Assembly (NCBI GenBank): GCA_013265495.1
Contig: MU063101.1
Span: 3,582,276-3,646,275 of the forward strand
Reading direction: 5' to 3'
DNA: 64,000 bases
Source: Vicugna vicugna
Taxonomy: Eukaryota
Both the position numbers and the translations under genes were made by a program. Below, piece by piece: positions 25,246 to 37,480 of the stretch. The stretch's first letter is position 1. Each line of letters begins with the position of its first letter. The notes beneath the pieces are model-generated. The model saw only the letters and a list, made by a program, of their open reading frames with translations, was not told the origin of the DNA and did no database searches.

Positions 25246-25996
25246 CTTAAAACATTCTAGCCATTCAGATAACCACCACTCCAGAGCCTTGGCAAAGCAT
25301 GGATGATCTGGGGGGAATTCTAGCTTGTTCTTCATAAAGAGGCCATCTGAATTACAGTGATTTAGAAAATGTTATAAATAAGGGATTCAGTCTGGGGGCA
25401 ATGGACGTGGAGGAGCCCGGTGTCAGCCACCCCGCCACGGGCTCCAGAGCAGGGTGATGACAGGGTGAGGCTGTAGGTCAGGAAGGAAACAGGAAGACCA
25501 TCAGCCCGATAAGCTGCCCTACTAACCAGAAGTGATTTTCAGCTCTCTTCAAGAAGGGAAAAAGATGACATTTAAGAAAATCCAGAGAAGGTTAAGCTGG
25601 TTGCACGTGATACTTAACCAAATCTGCAGTAGAAGATTCTCCGCAAATAGGACTTTTCGTATAAAACCTAGTTTCGCGTAAACACTAGGAGAATAAAGGT
25701 CTGGGGCAGGCTCACCCCAACCAACGTTCGTGAGGACTGGGCCGGGGTAAGTTTCTAAAAGTTACAAATCAAACTAACATACTTAAAAAAACAAAAATAA
25801 AACAATACACATGGCATCCTCCTCTCTTGACAAATACCTGTTTGTGACAATCTGGAGGGCCAGGTTCCAATTCAAAAGTTTTAGGGGCCCTGGAATTCTG
25901 CATTCAAACCTAGAAGCCCCGGAAAAGCCAGCTTGGGGCCGATCACCCTTCTTTTCCCACCTAAGGGTCATTCTCCCACCATAAAGGGCCTCCTGG

Positions 25997-26429
25997 TGTA
26001 TGTCATGTTGGTTTCTTGGGGCCAGTGTAACAAAGTAGCACAAACTGGGTGGCTACAAACATCAAGTATTTACTCTCTAAAGTTTAGGGAGGGTGTTGGC
26101 AGAGCCAGGCCCCCTCCTACGGCTCTCCAGGGGAGGCTGCTTCCTCGCCTTTTCCAGCTCCTGCTGGTGGCCGGCCAACCTAGGGGAGCCGTGGCTGTGG
26201 CTGCATCATCTGCTCTCTGCTCTGTCCTCACACGACCTGCTCCCCCGTGAATCTGTCTCTCTCTCTTCTTACAAGGACACCGGTTGTTGGGTTTAGGCCG
26301 ACTGGAATCCAGTAGGAGCTCATTTTGACTTAACTCATTCTATCTGCAAAGACTCTCTTTCCAAATATGGTCACATTCTTGGTTTCCAGGTGGACGTGAG
26401 TTTGGGGGGGTCACGATTGAACCCAGTAC
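25997..26429 (-). mobile_element. MLT1C/B-like MaLR solo LTR
   Basis: GTAACAAAGTAGCACAAACTGGGTGGCT, CTTACAAGGACACC, TCTGCAAAGACTCTCTTTCCAAATATGGTCACATTC and an AACCCAGTACA end. Confidence 0.88.
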
Positions 26430-29400
26430 ACGTGTCCAGACTCCAGTCTATATATTCAGCTCTGTCTGTGATATCCCGTCTTGATGGCTGCCCATCGGCC
26501 CCGGTTCAGCCTGTCCTTGGGAGGACTGACCTGGGGAAGGGGCTGCACAGGACCCAGAGGCTGGCTGAGAAGATGCCAGGGTCCTGGCTACCCAGAGTAC
26601 AGTCTAGAAGGGGGATCTGGGCAGGCTTGTCCCAGTGGCCCCTTGGAGCCCTGAACACATGGGGAGGGACGTGGCCAGAGGATGGCTGGAGAGAAGTGCT
26701 CCCAGATGCAGCACGCGGGCCAAGGTACGACGGCGAAGATGGCCAGGGAGCAGAGACAGCTGACGGGAGGCTGAGGCCATCAAGGAAGGCAGCAGTGATT
26801 TATGGGCAATAACGGATCATAGTAATAGGAATCTACAAATAAATCCTCCCGACGCACAGAAACAGAAATAATGAACAGGAAGTCCCTATCTTACAAATGA
26901 GCGGTGAATGTAGTTGATAGAAACAGCACTCAGCTTCCCGAAGCAGCCCACAGACACCTTGAAGATTTGCAATGCAGCTGGAAAGAGGAGGTGGCTAAGA
27001 CAGCAGTGATTAATGAAAACAAACACAATAGACTGAAACCCAAAAGAAAGAGGAGTTCTTAATTCTCCTGAATTAAGTGGTGCTTGAGAGAATACCTAAG
27101 CTTTAGGGGGGAAGAGGAGGAGCCTGATGATTCTCTGGGAGGTTTGGAAGGCGTGGGTGCCGCACTCAGGTCCTAGGTAGCAGGCTGGTGCACCGCACCC
27201 TCACGGTTCCCAGCTCCTGGCCCCTGTCCCCTCTGTCTCCTGAGAATCACCCTTGGTCATCAGAACCTCAGTGTCTAAAAATGCCTGGAGGTTATGCCCT
27301 GCCCTTGGGGGCAGCCCGCAGTCATTGGCTGATGCTGATTCTGTACTGGGGATCAGCTTACTCTGAGACATGTGACTTCTCTTTCCCTTGATCCATTGTC
27401 ACACTGGTCCCAGCCACCACCAGGGCAGTGTGAGTCTCCCAAATCAGAGAGAGAGGGCAAGAGGCCAAGAGACTGAAGCGTGAGAAAGGAGGGAGAGAGA
27501 GGAAGGAAGAATTAAGAGCAGAGTAGGGGAGGAAGAAGAGAAGGCGGAAAGAAAAAAAAGAAAACAAGATGAATGATTATCCAGAGGTAACTAGACGGAA
27601 GGCTTGTGAGCTAGGACACTGGACAGGATGCGTGTACGTTTAATAAGAGTCAAACGCGTGGAAGGAAAGGTGGGAGGGGGAAGGGAGCTAGTGAGTGAAA
27701 GACGTTAGGTAAACGTTGCTGCTGATGCCAAAGTAAAGAGGGATGATGAGAAATTAAGGGAGGGGGAGGAGTCCCCGAGGAAAATACCAACTACAGTTTA
27801 ATAAAAGAGCCCAGAGGTGATACAAATAAGAGAGCCACAGAGCGCCCAGTACCGCATCTTAACTCTTGCTTCATGCCGTTAGTTTCTGTAAACCAGTTTG
27901 TATGTCAAATCCCATCTTAAGCTCATGGAGAGAACTCATTCTTAGAAGAAATTTTTTAGGGAAATCCGTCCTTCACACCTAAGGCCTGTGCTCTGCCATA
28001 TTGTATTCATTGTAGAAACTTGCATTTCTGTCTGTGGATAGCGAGGACCACAATGAGGGTGCTGATCTGTGTCACACCAGGGCACTTTAATGTGGAACAA
28101 GTCAACAGGAGTCCCAGGATTAGGGACTTCATGGTGAAAAGTGTTTAAAACAAACAAACAACAAAAAGGCGGGGGTGGGGGGGAGATGGCAGACAGCCAT
28201 CTCCTGGAATACTGGGATAAAGATACACTAACAATAAAGGATGACAGATTCTGCTCCTGAACTCTAGGAATGGCATCTGCCATGGCAAGGACACTGCCGG
28301 CTGGGAAGCAGGGAGTCTGCACCTAAACCTAGGACACCAGTGGTATCCAGTGTGGAGGAGACCCACGGCAGCATCTTACACACAGCCAAGGCCCAGGCGT
28401 CGGGGGAGTCACCCCACTTTCCTCGGGAGGAGGGTTGTAAAGCTGAGCGGAGCACATGGAGGATCCTTCCTCTTGCAGCTTTGCCATCACACAAACAGCA
28501 GAGCTGGGATGACCACCGATGTGGCATTAGGTACTGAGGCAGGAGTGTTAATGGAAACACCAGAGTGGGAGCCCCTGAGCTGAGAGAAACCTGGCAACTA
28601 AGCATCTTTGATAGGCTCCAAAGTCTTGCATTCCCCAGAGGCTACCGTAACAGGGCAACATCAACCCCTTCAGCCTCTGGTGTTAGTGAGGAGCTTATGT
28701 GTAAGTTCTCAAGTGATTCACTATCAGTTTGCTCTAGAATTTTCCCCATCAATGTGAAGTAGAGTCTCCACTTGCCCTTTAGCTCCACGGGCAGCTTTAG
28801 CAGATGGTTTTCTTTGGAAGTTTACTGTCCCCCCCTTACAGTGTCTTATCCTCTTACGAGAACGATTTTGAGTGCAAAACCACAAAGCTGATCTCGGGAT
28901 GGGCTCTGGGCTGACAGTTCCGTTCACTCATCAGTTCAAAGATTCCTTCTTCCTCGTGAGTTTCACTGAGGGCACCATGTAAACCCATTCAAATCTGTGC
29001 AGCAGCAAAAATGGCAGGTGATAAAGTCACAGAGCTTTGTCAGAAATGGTTAAATCTGCAGAAGCCAAGGGTCTATTATACTAGATCCTGAGTCCCCCGA
29101 GGGCAAGGAGTAGGGAATGTTTCAGATTCATCTCTGTATCTCTGGTAATCAGCAGAGTGATAGGCACTATGAATGAGTAAATGGATGTATGGAGGCAGGG
29201 AGGGTTGGATGGATGGATGGATAGGGTTTTTTAAAATAATGAATAGTAATTCTTTTCAACTGAATGGTGGCAAAGGAAACCACCTTTCTAGGGAAGCAAG
29301 TCATAACACATCAGACAGAAGAGACTTCCTCAGAGTTTACACTAGGTGTATTTCAGACACATGACAGCTGGGGTAAAAGTGTGCAGCATATTCTTTTCAA

Positions 29401-31184
29401 GAACTCTTTGAGACTGGTAAAAAAAAAAGTTATTCTCCTTATTCTAAAGTAGTGTGAGCATAAATCTTTATGTTGGAAGAAGACCCCAAAAGCTTCACTT
29501 ACAGCCCCAAAGCTTTATCAACATCTCCCTTAGTTCATTATTATGTTTTTTTTCAATCACTAAGAAAAAGGGAAACACGAACTTTAAAAAAAAGTTTCAA
29601 AATATTTTTTGAGAAAACGTTTGGCAAATCTTCAAAGCTCTGTGACGACCATCTTAGATAGTTTCTGGAAATTGTCCAAATATGGTCATGGCTCATAACC
29701 AATTGCTTAGCAATCACTACTGACTTAGGGTTAGACCTGACGAAGGAATATTCTGAAAATGAAAGCATCTGAGGGCCAAGCACAGGTCACACCAAACCTC
29801 CAGACTCTCTCTTCGCCTTGGGCACTCCGACTGCGCCTGGCAACCCTGGGCGACCACAGCTGAACTTTCCTCAAGCGACTTGACCCTCTCCTCAGACAGA
29901 AGTGCTGCTCTCTCACACCTGGGGGTAGCTGGAGGGCTCTCTCACTTTGCCCATCTTCCACTTAAATGAAACAGGAATTTGCCAAATAAATAAACAAACA
30001 AGAGCACAAAGGTAGTGGTATTGCCGATGACCACCAGCTTCCTCGGGACTCAGGCAAAGCACCCTTTACTCTGTAAGATCTTCTTTCCTTAATATGCCTT
30101 TTTGCAGCAAGAAAAAGTGAAAGGGTATACTACTTTCCAGCGCACAAGGATCCAGAGGGAAATGTCAAGTTCACTCGGCAAAGTCACTCCTTCAAGGGTC
30201 CTGCTGGGTAAGTACAACATACCTGGGTGGCCACCGCACAGTGAGCCGAAGTTAAAGCATCAAGAGGTTTGCCAGAAACCCTTCAGTCTGGCTCAGGACA
30301 GTCCCCTGAAAGAGCAGGACACCAGGGGGAAAAAGCAAGGAGCTTTTCTAGTTCTGCAGACGTATGCCAATACTTCCCGTACACGGCGGCAGTGATCATA
30401 GTCATCACCATATTACAATAATCAGTTGTAATCACAGTAGGTTCATAACGCAGTGACGGTAGGTTTCAAAGAAAGGGTGGGAAGGTGTCTGAAACCATGC
30501 CAGGCTGGTGTCACAGCACGATGTCCAACTTTCCACTTCAACTTCCGTTTTTCGGGCTCGAGCCTTTGGCTGCAGGGGAGATCTTGGCCTGACAAGGGCT
30601 CCAGTAACTTCACTGCGTGCCCGTCTCTCACGCTTACATGGACTCACTAAAATACAGAACTTGAGGTCCAGCCCAACTGAAAACAGCTCTTCCCAGCCAA
30701 AAGCCCAAGCCTGGATTTCCACCGGGGCACACGGCTCCCTTTACAGATTGCGCATTTACACGGTAAAAATAGAAACGCACGGCATCACATGTATATGCAA
30801 ATTAGCCAACCAGACTAGTGCCGAAAATAGTTATTTACTATTTGGCTTGCATATTGGCCCAGAAAAACCCTCTGTACCTATTTCATGCTCATTTAAATTC
30901 TTTAAGAGTTCCTGACCCATTTAAATTCCTTGAGGGACGCCTGGCTTCACATGGGCGTGTGTCTGCTCCTCTCCCCAACAGTTTTTAAAGAAATACTGCC
31001 TGTCATTGCAGACTGAACTTTGTAGGAATATACTGGCCCCTGCTTTGCTAAGATCCATCTCAGGCACTGCTTAGCCACGTGTGGCCTCACACTCAGCATC
31101 CTGGCTTCCTCCTGGAGCGCCCCCTTAGGCGCAGGGAGAAGGGTTCTTAAGCTACACACCAGAAGAACTTGGAGAGCAGTTTTT

Positions 31185-31345
31185 CTGAAAGCAGGGTCCT
31201 TGGACACCCACAGCAGAGTCATGTGGGGGCAGCGGCTTGTGAAAAATCCAAGCTCCTGGCTCCTCCCCAGACGCACTGAATTCTAATCTCTCAGAGTGTG
31301 ACTCCAGAGAGACTCCTTTCTCAAGAAGCTCACTAAGATGATCAT
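31185..31345. mobile_element. MER5-family MITE relic
   Basis: GGCTCCTCCCCAGACGCACTGAATTCTAATCTCT ... CTCAAGAAGCTCACTAAGATGAT. Confidence 0.55.
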
Positions 31346-31847
31346 GGTGGCCTCCAAGGGTTGGGGATTCATTGCTGAGAAACCACCTCCAAATCTTAAA
31401 AAGGTACCCTAGGGGAGCTGGAGTGCTCAAGTCCGGACAAAGCCAGAGGGCACCGTGGGACTCGTCACCCAGTGAGGGTACTGACATCCTGCAAGGAGGT
31501 GTCATGGGAGCAGAGATGAGCTTCCAAAAGCCACCAATGTACACCAATATCTGCACCAGGGTTCTTTCCAGGAGTGGTTCGGATGCCCACAGAATTAGCC
31601 CCTGTTCCCAGCTGCAATGTAGCAGATTATATCCACTGCACAACTGGCTGAGCAAAAGGGGCACCTTCTCTGTCCCCATACCAGGGGATGCTGACTTGGG
31701 AGAGTGTGGGGCTGTAACGCTCAACAGTGTGCATCCAAATCCTGTCTCTGCCACCTACCAGCTACTTCACTTTGTCAGCTCTACAGAGGAACCAACAACA
31801 GTGCCTACCCAATAACACCAGGGGGATCAAACGAGGTCAATAATGAA

Positions 31848-32811
31848 AGCTCCTGGAATAATACCAGCCACGAAGTAAGCCCTTAATAAACACTTTAAAA
31901 AAATACATTCATGCCCCCTTGGATTTTACAACATTCCAAGGATTCCTCAGAAAGGCCATCCAGGTGAGTAAGTTTGGTTTGAAAGTTGAGAGAAGCTACA
32001 AAACCTTCTCTGAAAAGTCCTTTTTATCATCCTCTGCTCGAGAAGGAAGCCGAGGGTTGCCTGATTTTGAAAAGGCGCCTCCCCTTCTATCGAAATATCT
32101 ATCCAGGCAGACACACCAGTGTCCCACAGAAACACAGGACCTTGCTCATAGCTGCCCACAGACCCATCCCCAGGCCTGTAATATGCGAAACAGCCCATCC
32201 CCTTGTAAATACCACCCCCCTCCCCGCCCCATTATGTTCTCACGTGGTTGTTTCACATGCTCTGGCACAAACCCATCTCACAACCTCCTACGCTTAAACA
32301 AAAAGTGCCCCTGGGTAGACACAACTGCAAGCTCCTGGAATAATACCAGCCACGAAGTAAGCCCTTAATAAACACTTTAAAAAAATACATTCATGCCCCC
32401 TTGGATTTTACAACATTCCAAGGATTCCTCAGAAAGGCCATCCAGGTGAGTAAGTTTGGTTTGAAAGTTGAGAGAAGCTACAAAACCTTCTCTGAAAAGT
32501 CCTTTTTATCATCCTCTGCTCGAGAAGGAAGCCGAGGGTTGCCTGATTTTGAAAAGGCGCCTCCCCTTCTATCGAAATATCTATCCAGGCAGACACACCA
32601 GTGTCCCACAGAAACACAGGACCTTGCTCATAGCTGCCCACAGACCCATCCCCAGGCCTGTAATATGCGAAACAGCCCATCCCCTTGTAAATACCACCCC
32701 CCTCCCCGCCCCATTATGTTCTCACGTGGTTGTTTCACATGCTCTGGCACAAACCCATCTCACAACCTCCTACGCTTAAACAAAAAGTGCCCCTGGGTAG
32801 ACACAACTGCA
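31848..32811 (+). repeat. Perfect head-to-tail tandem duplication with a 482-bp unit (31848-32329 and 32330-32811)
   Basis: Base-by-base identical at offset 482, with no N gap and a 1-nt (A) junction microhomology at 32329. The ORF track shows identical ORF pairs at the same offset. Confidence 0.97.
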
Positions 32812-33060
32812 CCCAGACTCAGCACTGCTCAACCCCGAGCACACACACCTGTGTGTGCACCATTCCTGAGAGGACGCACAGACTTGACTTGCTGGCAACA
32901 AACAAACAACTAAACAAAACCCCAAAACAAAACACTTTGGAAACCTGTTAAAAAAAAATGAAGGCAGAAATGAGCATTCCCTCTGCATCTGTCAGCAGGT
33001 TACTCATCAAAGAGGAAGGGGCATGAACTCAAAAGAACATTCCAGAAAGGGCTGTGCTGA

Positions 33061-34160
33061 GGACAGAGGACAAGAAGGCAGAGCAGAAAGGCCTGAGCTC
33101 ACCTCCTCTCACGAGCTGCCAAAATCACAACCACCCACTGAACCCCCATGGAGGAAGAAGACTGGAACCCATCACAAAAGGTCTTCTAAAGACGTGAGGA
33201 AGGAACCACAACGAGAAGGGCAGGAGGGGTGGACTTGTGAGGTAATCAGGTCCCACCCCCTCCAGGTGGGCGACCCAGGCGCTGGAGAGTCATGAGACAG
33301 GGCTTCTCCCACAGGAGGGAGAGGTCTGAGCCGAATGCCCCCCCCCCCCGCGGTGGTCCAGCACCAGGAGGACAAGCCGCCAGAGCACGTGACTCTGAAG
33401 GCCAGCAGGGCTTACTTGCAGGAGCCCCGCAGGACTTGGGGAAAACAGAGATTTCCCTCTTAAGGAGCCACACCAAACGTCATGCACAGAGACCCAGGGC
33501 AAGAGAAGTAATTTGATAGGAGCCTGGACCAGGCCTACCTGCTGGTCTCGGAGAGTCTCCTGGAGGGGTGGATGCGGGGGTGGACTGCGGCTCACCCCTG
33601 GGGACGCGGACACTGGTGGCGGACGGAGGGGGAACATCCAGCCACGTGAACGCGGACGCTGGAGGCGCCATCTTGAAATCCACCCTCTAGCTCTTAAGCA
33701 CCAACACCCGGCCCCACGCAACAGCCTGTGGGAGCTGGGAAGCCTCAGCTCAAACACGTGACTGGCGGGAACACAGCCCCAGCCATCAGCAGACAGGCTG
33801 CCTGAAGACTAAAGAGCCCACAGCTGCCTCTAGAAACTGCCCTGCCAAGACCCTGCTCCACCCACCAGTGAGCAGGCACTGCCCTGCCTTCCGTGAAGCC
33901 TGCATTAGCCTCTAGACCAACCTCACCCACCCGGGGCAACGCAACTACCACCCAGGAGGAACCCGCTCCCCCCACCAATAATCTGGACCGAGCTCCGGGA
34001 TCCCTGGTCCCTGCAGCAGGCTCCAGGAGCCAGCTCTGCCTGCCAGTAGTCCGGCACTACCCCCGGGACCCGGCTTCACCTGCCACCGTGGGGACAATAG
34101 CCCCAAGGTCTTTGGGACCCTGACTCCGCCCACCAGTGAGCCAACGCTAGCTCTGGGGCC
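33061..34160 (+). mobile_element. L1 5' UTR of cetartiodactyl type
   Basis: GAGGACAAGAAGGCAGAG ... CTGAGCTCACCTCCTCTCA start, GAAGGAACCACAACGAGA, GAAGGCCAGCAGGGCTTACTT, CCATCAGCAGACAGGCTGCC and degenerate CCCACCAGTGAGC repeats (33861, 34129) match my recollection of this L1 lineage's 5' end. Confidence 0.7.
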
Positions 34161-34423
34161 CCCTCACACCAGTCAGAATGGCCATTATCAAAACGTCTAC
34201 AAATAATAAATGCTGGAGAGGGTGTGGACAAAAGGGAACCTGCCCCACACTGTTAGTGGGAATGTAAATCAGTGTAGCCACCATGGAAAATGATATGGAG
34301 GTTCATTCAAAAACTAAAAAAAAAGTTACCATATGCTCCAGCAATCCCACTCCTGGGCATATACCCATAAAAGATGAAACCTCTAAATCAAAAAGATACA
34401 TGCACCCCAACATTCATAGCAGC

Positions 34424-34589
34424 NNNNNNNNNNNNNNNNNNNNNNNNNNNNNNNNNNNNNNNNNNNNNNNNNNNNNNNNNNNNNNNNNNNNNNNNNNNNN
34501 NNNNNNNNNNNNNNNNNNNNNNNNNNNNNNNNNNNNNNNNNNNNNNNNNNNNNNNNNNNNNNNNNNNNNNNNNNNNNNNNNNNNNNNNN
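34424..34589. other. Assembly gap (166 N) inside L1
   Basis: Run of N. Confidence 1.
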
Positions 34590-34836
34590 AAGTAAAGTAA
34601 GTCAGATAGAAAATGACAAATATTATATATCACTTATATGTGGAATGTAATAATATAATACAAATGAACTTCTTTACAAAGCAGGAATAGACTCACAGAC
34701 ATTGAAAACAAACTCAAGGTTACCAAAGGGGTAAGAGTGGAGAGGGATGAATTAGGAATTTGGGATTAGCAGATACACATTACTATATATAAAACAGATG
34801 AACACGGAACTATATTCAATATCTTGTAATACCCTA

Positions 34837-35311
34837 TGAGGCGGGAATCCCCATAAAAAGATTGGCAGGACCCCCAAGCAGGGCCACTAGTCTCCTGCCA
34901 GCACCATCTGGTTTCCTGGCCCAGAGACTCTATCTCACTTGTTGCCTCTGAAACAGTTTACTTACCCCTAAAAGTCTATTGGTTCCCTGAGCTCACTCCT
35001 GATTTGTTATTTCCCTCACTCCAGATTGGTCCATTTCCCTCACTCCTCATTGGTTATTTCTCTCCCTCTTGATTGGTCTATTTCTACAAAGCTTGCTCCT
35101 CGTTGGTCAACTTTTGTTATACTTTATTTGCATATGATGTTGCGAAGTGTAAACTGGCAGCCTATAAAGGCCTATGTAAACCTACAGACGGGGTCCAGAG
35201 CTTGGAGTGTTAACTCCTCTGGGCCCGCTGGCCTAATAAACCTGAGTTCTCCAACTCTCCGAGTGCACAACTGAGCTGTAACGCTGAGCTGTAACAAATT
35301 TTTTCACAACA
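34837..35311 (+). mobile_element. ERV1-like solo LTR (475 bp) inserted in the L1 3' UTR
   Basis: TG...CA termini and a 4-bp target-site duplication CCTA (34833-34836 and 35312-35315). Has a TATA-like CCTATAAA and an AATAAA. The L1 text TCTTGTAATACCCTA|TAATG resumes across it. Confidence 0.88.
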
Positions 35312-35424
35312 CCTATAATGTAAAAGAATCTGAAAAATAATATATATACATATATATCAGAATCACTTTGCTGTATACCTGAAACTAACACAGCATTATA
35401 AATCAACTATATTTCTGTTTTTAA

Positions 35425-35540
35425 AAAGTTTTACAATGTTGATCACTGAAGCGGGGTGATGGCTACCTGGGAACTGATTACATTATTCTACATGTATATT
35501 TTGAAATTTTCACGATAAAAATTGAAAAATAAAATAACAG
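35425..35540 (+). mobile_element. Old L1MC/ME-like 3' end relic
   Basis: TGAAGCGGGGTGATGGCTACCTGGGAACTGATTACATTATTCTAC ... TTTGAAATTTTCACGATAAAA. Confidence 0.6.
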
Positions 35541-36477
35541 ACATGGAACCAGCTGGGGGTGGGGTGTGGGAACAGAAAGGGCCTATTGCCTTCCATGTTT
35601 TCTGCCTTCCATTCTTGTTTCCCCTTCAGCAACAACAGAAATCTGTGAGATGAGTGAGGGTGGTTAATTAAGCATTGCAGCCCATGTTCCACTGCAGTTT
35701 CAATTGGATACGGTGTTCTCTCTCACTTCCTGTTATGCAGGGTGGCAGCGGGCTGTTAGACACCTGCCAGGCTCCCAGCCCAGCTGCTCTTCTGCGCACT
35801 TGGGCTCTCAGCCTTGAGAGGGTCTCACTCTGCAAACCAGCCCCTTCCCAGCTGGGAGGAGTCGGGGGAGGGACCAGGGAGGATGGACCCAGCTGACCTG
35901 AGTCCACACTGGATGCTTAAGGACCAGCAGCTGGTGATGAAGACCTCAGTCTATTGTGGAGGTTGTGGCCAGAGTCCAACTGTTTTCCCCCAAACCCCCA
36001 GGCTTCAAGTCCTGCCATGACCTACGTGTAACAAAGTGGAGCAAGTGTGCAGGACAGAATCACATGGAATTCTGGGGTTAGCCTGGTTCCCGTAATGTCA
36101 GGAACAGGACTGCAGGCAGAAGCCTTCACTCATTCGTTCATCCATTCACTTCTTCATTTGTCACCTTCTGAGAACCTCCTTGGTTTAGCCTCTCCAAGCT
36201 GGATGGTGGCCAAACAAAAAGATAAGACAGTTTTTATCTTAATGTATACAATGTGCTACTCCTAATTTTAGCTCCGATTTATTGAGAACCCATTATGTGC
36301 CAAGTCATTTATTGATGAACTCTAGTCTTTTATTCAAGAAAATCGCTCCTTGTTTAATGGGAAGAATTTACACCATGTGGAATTGTTCAGTTCTTAGAGG
36401 AAAGCAGAGAGAGGGGCACTGGGGGGCATGGGAAGAGTGAGGGGGAATCAAGGAAGCTTCCTCAAGGAGGTATTGAC

Positions 36478-36915
36478 TGTGGCAGATTAAAGATGGCTAC
36501 ACATTTTTGGATACTTCTGCCATCAAGAAGTGGGGTTTGTGTCCCTTCTCCTTGAGTCTGGGCTGATCTGCTTTGACCAAGATTCTATGGTGAAGTGGCA
36601 CTATCCCAGATCTGGCCTTTCAAGGAGCAACTTCTGTCCCTTTCTCCTGGAGACGGGCACTGCTGCACAAGGACCCTGAGGCTGCCATGCTGTGAGGAAG
36701 CCCAGGCTGGCCACCTAGATAAAGAGAGCACATTGCCCCGGCCCCCACCCTTGGAGTCATCAGTGAGCCAAGCTGAGCCAAGCTGAGCCATCGCGGCTGT
36801 CCCGTGTGAATCCCTGCCCCATGGGATTTTGAGAAATTATAATAATACATTGCTGTTTTCACCCATTACGTTGGGGAGAGGGACAGTTTGTTATGCAGAA
36901 ATAGAGAATGGGAAT
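36478..36915 (+). mobile_element. MLT1G/H-like MaLR LTR
   Basis: TGTGGCAGATTAAAGATGGCTAC start, CCATGCTGTGAGGAAGCCCAGG, and a TTTGTTATGCAGAAATAGA end. Confidence 0.8.
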
Positions 36916-36949
36916 AAAGCCTGACTGGTGAAAAGTTACAATTGGGTCA

Positions 36950-37480
36950 AGGTGAGGGAAGGGCATTCCAGGTGGTAGAGGATCAGCAAAATTAAGAGGG
37001 CGGTGGGTGGGGGTACTCAGATCCCCAGGTGGTCTGTTGTTACTGAAGTGTGAGGCGAGAGGAAGCCAGGGCAGGATTTGGGTTTCAGGCTGAAGAAGTT
37101 TCTCTCTTCTCAAGACTGTGGGGAAGCACTGGAGGAATCTTCAGCAGAGAGTGATGTCATGTGATTTGTGTTTCAGGATGATGGCTCTGGCCATGGAGTG
37201 ATGGGGAGGAGCCCAGGAGGAGTGGTCCAGGACGGTAGTGGCCTAAGAGAGCAGGGGCAGTGGGATGGAGGCAAGGGAGGAGACGGGGAAACCTCTACCC
37301 GGTTAGACTGGCATGTCTCAGAGAATGGCCAGGTGAGGCGTGAGGAGCAGAGCTGGGGGGTTGGATGACATCTAGATGTCCAGCTCGGGTGACAACGTGC
37401 TACCACTATGAGGGAGAACACAGGAGAAGCAGGTTTGTGGAGTTGCAAGGAAGTGCTGAGCGTAACTGATTAACACTGAT
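36950..37480 (-). mobile_element. L2 relic
   Basis: GGAAGGGCATTCCAGG ... GGGAAGCACTGGAGG ... GCAGAGAGTGATGT ... GGAGTGGTCCAGG ... GGAGAAGCAGGTTTG follows the reverse L2 order. Confidence 0.7.

Larger units (their letters stand above)
34161..35420 (+). mobile_element. L1 ORF2 C-terminus plus 3' UTR, contiguous with the 5' UTR above and split by an LTR insertion
   Basis: CCTCACACCAGTCAGAATGGCCATTATCAAAA, a translated KDTCTPTFIA motif, and a 3' UTR ending AAATCAACTATATTTC. Confidence 0.92.

Noticed and set aside
10830-30215. Several strong GTAAGT splice-donor matches (about 10835, 16618, 22231, 25747, 30207)
   Set aside because: I could not pair any with a convincing acceptor and coding frame. 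Some lie in MIR relics, and this frequency is expected by chance.
31115-31133. AGGGGGCGC CTCF-like core on the minus strand
   Set aside because: The 5' half of the motif mismatches at four of five positions.
31152-31754. 200-aa minus-strand ORF, the longest ungapped ORF in the track
   Set aside because: It overlaps a MER5-like relic, has no recognisable domain, and its composition is typical of chance ORFs in GC-rich DNA.
31919-32913. Apparent duplicated 149/170-aa gene pair
   Set aside because: A consequence of the tandem duplication. It has a TTG start, no similarity to any protein I recognise and no exon structure.
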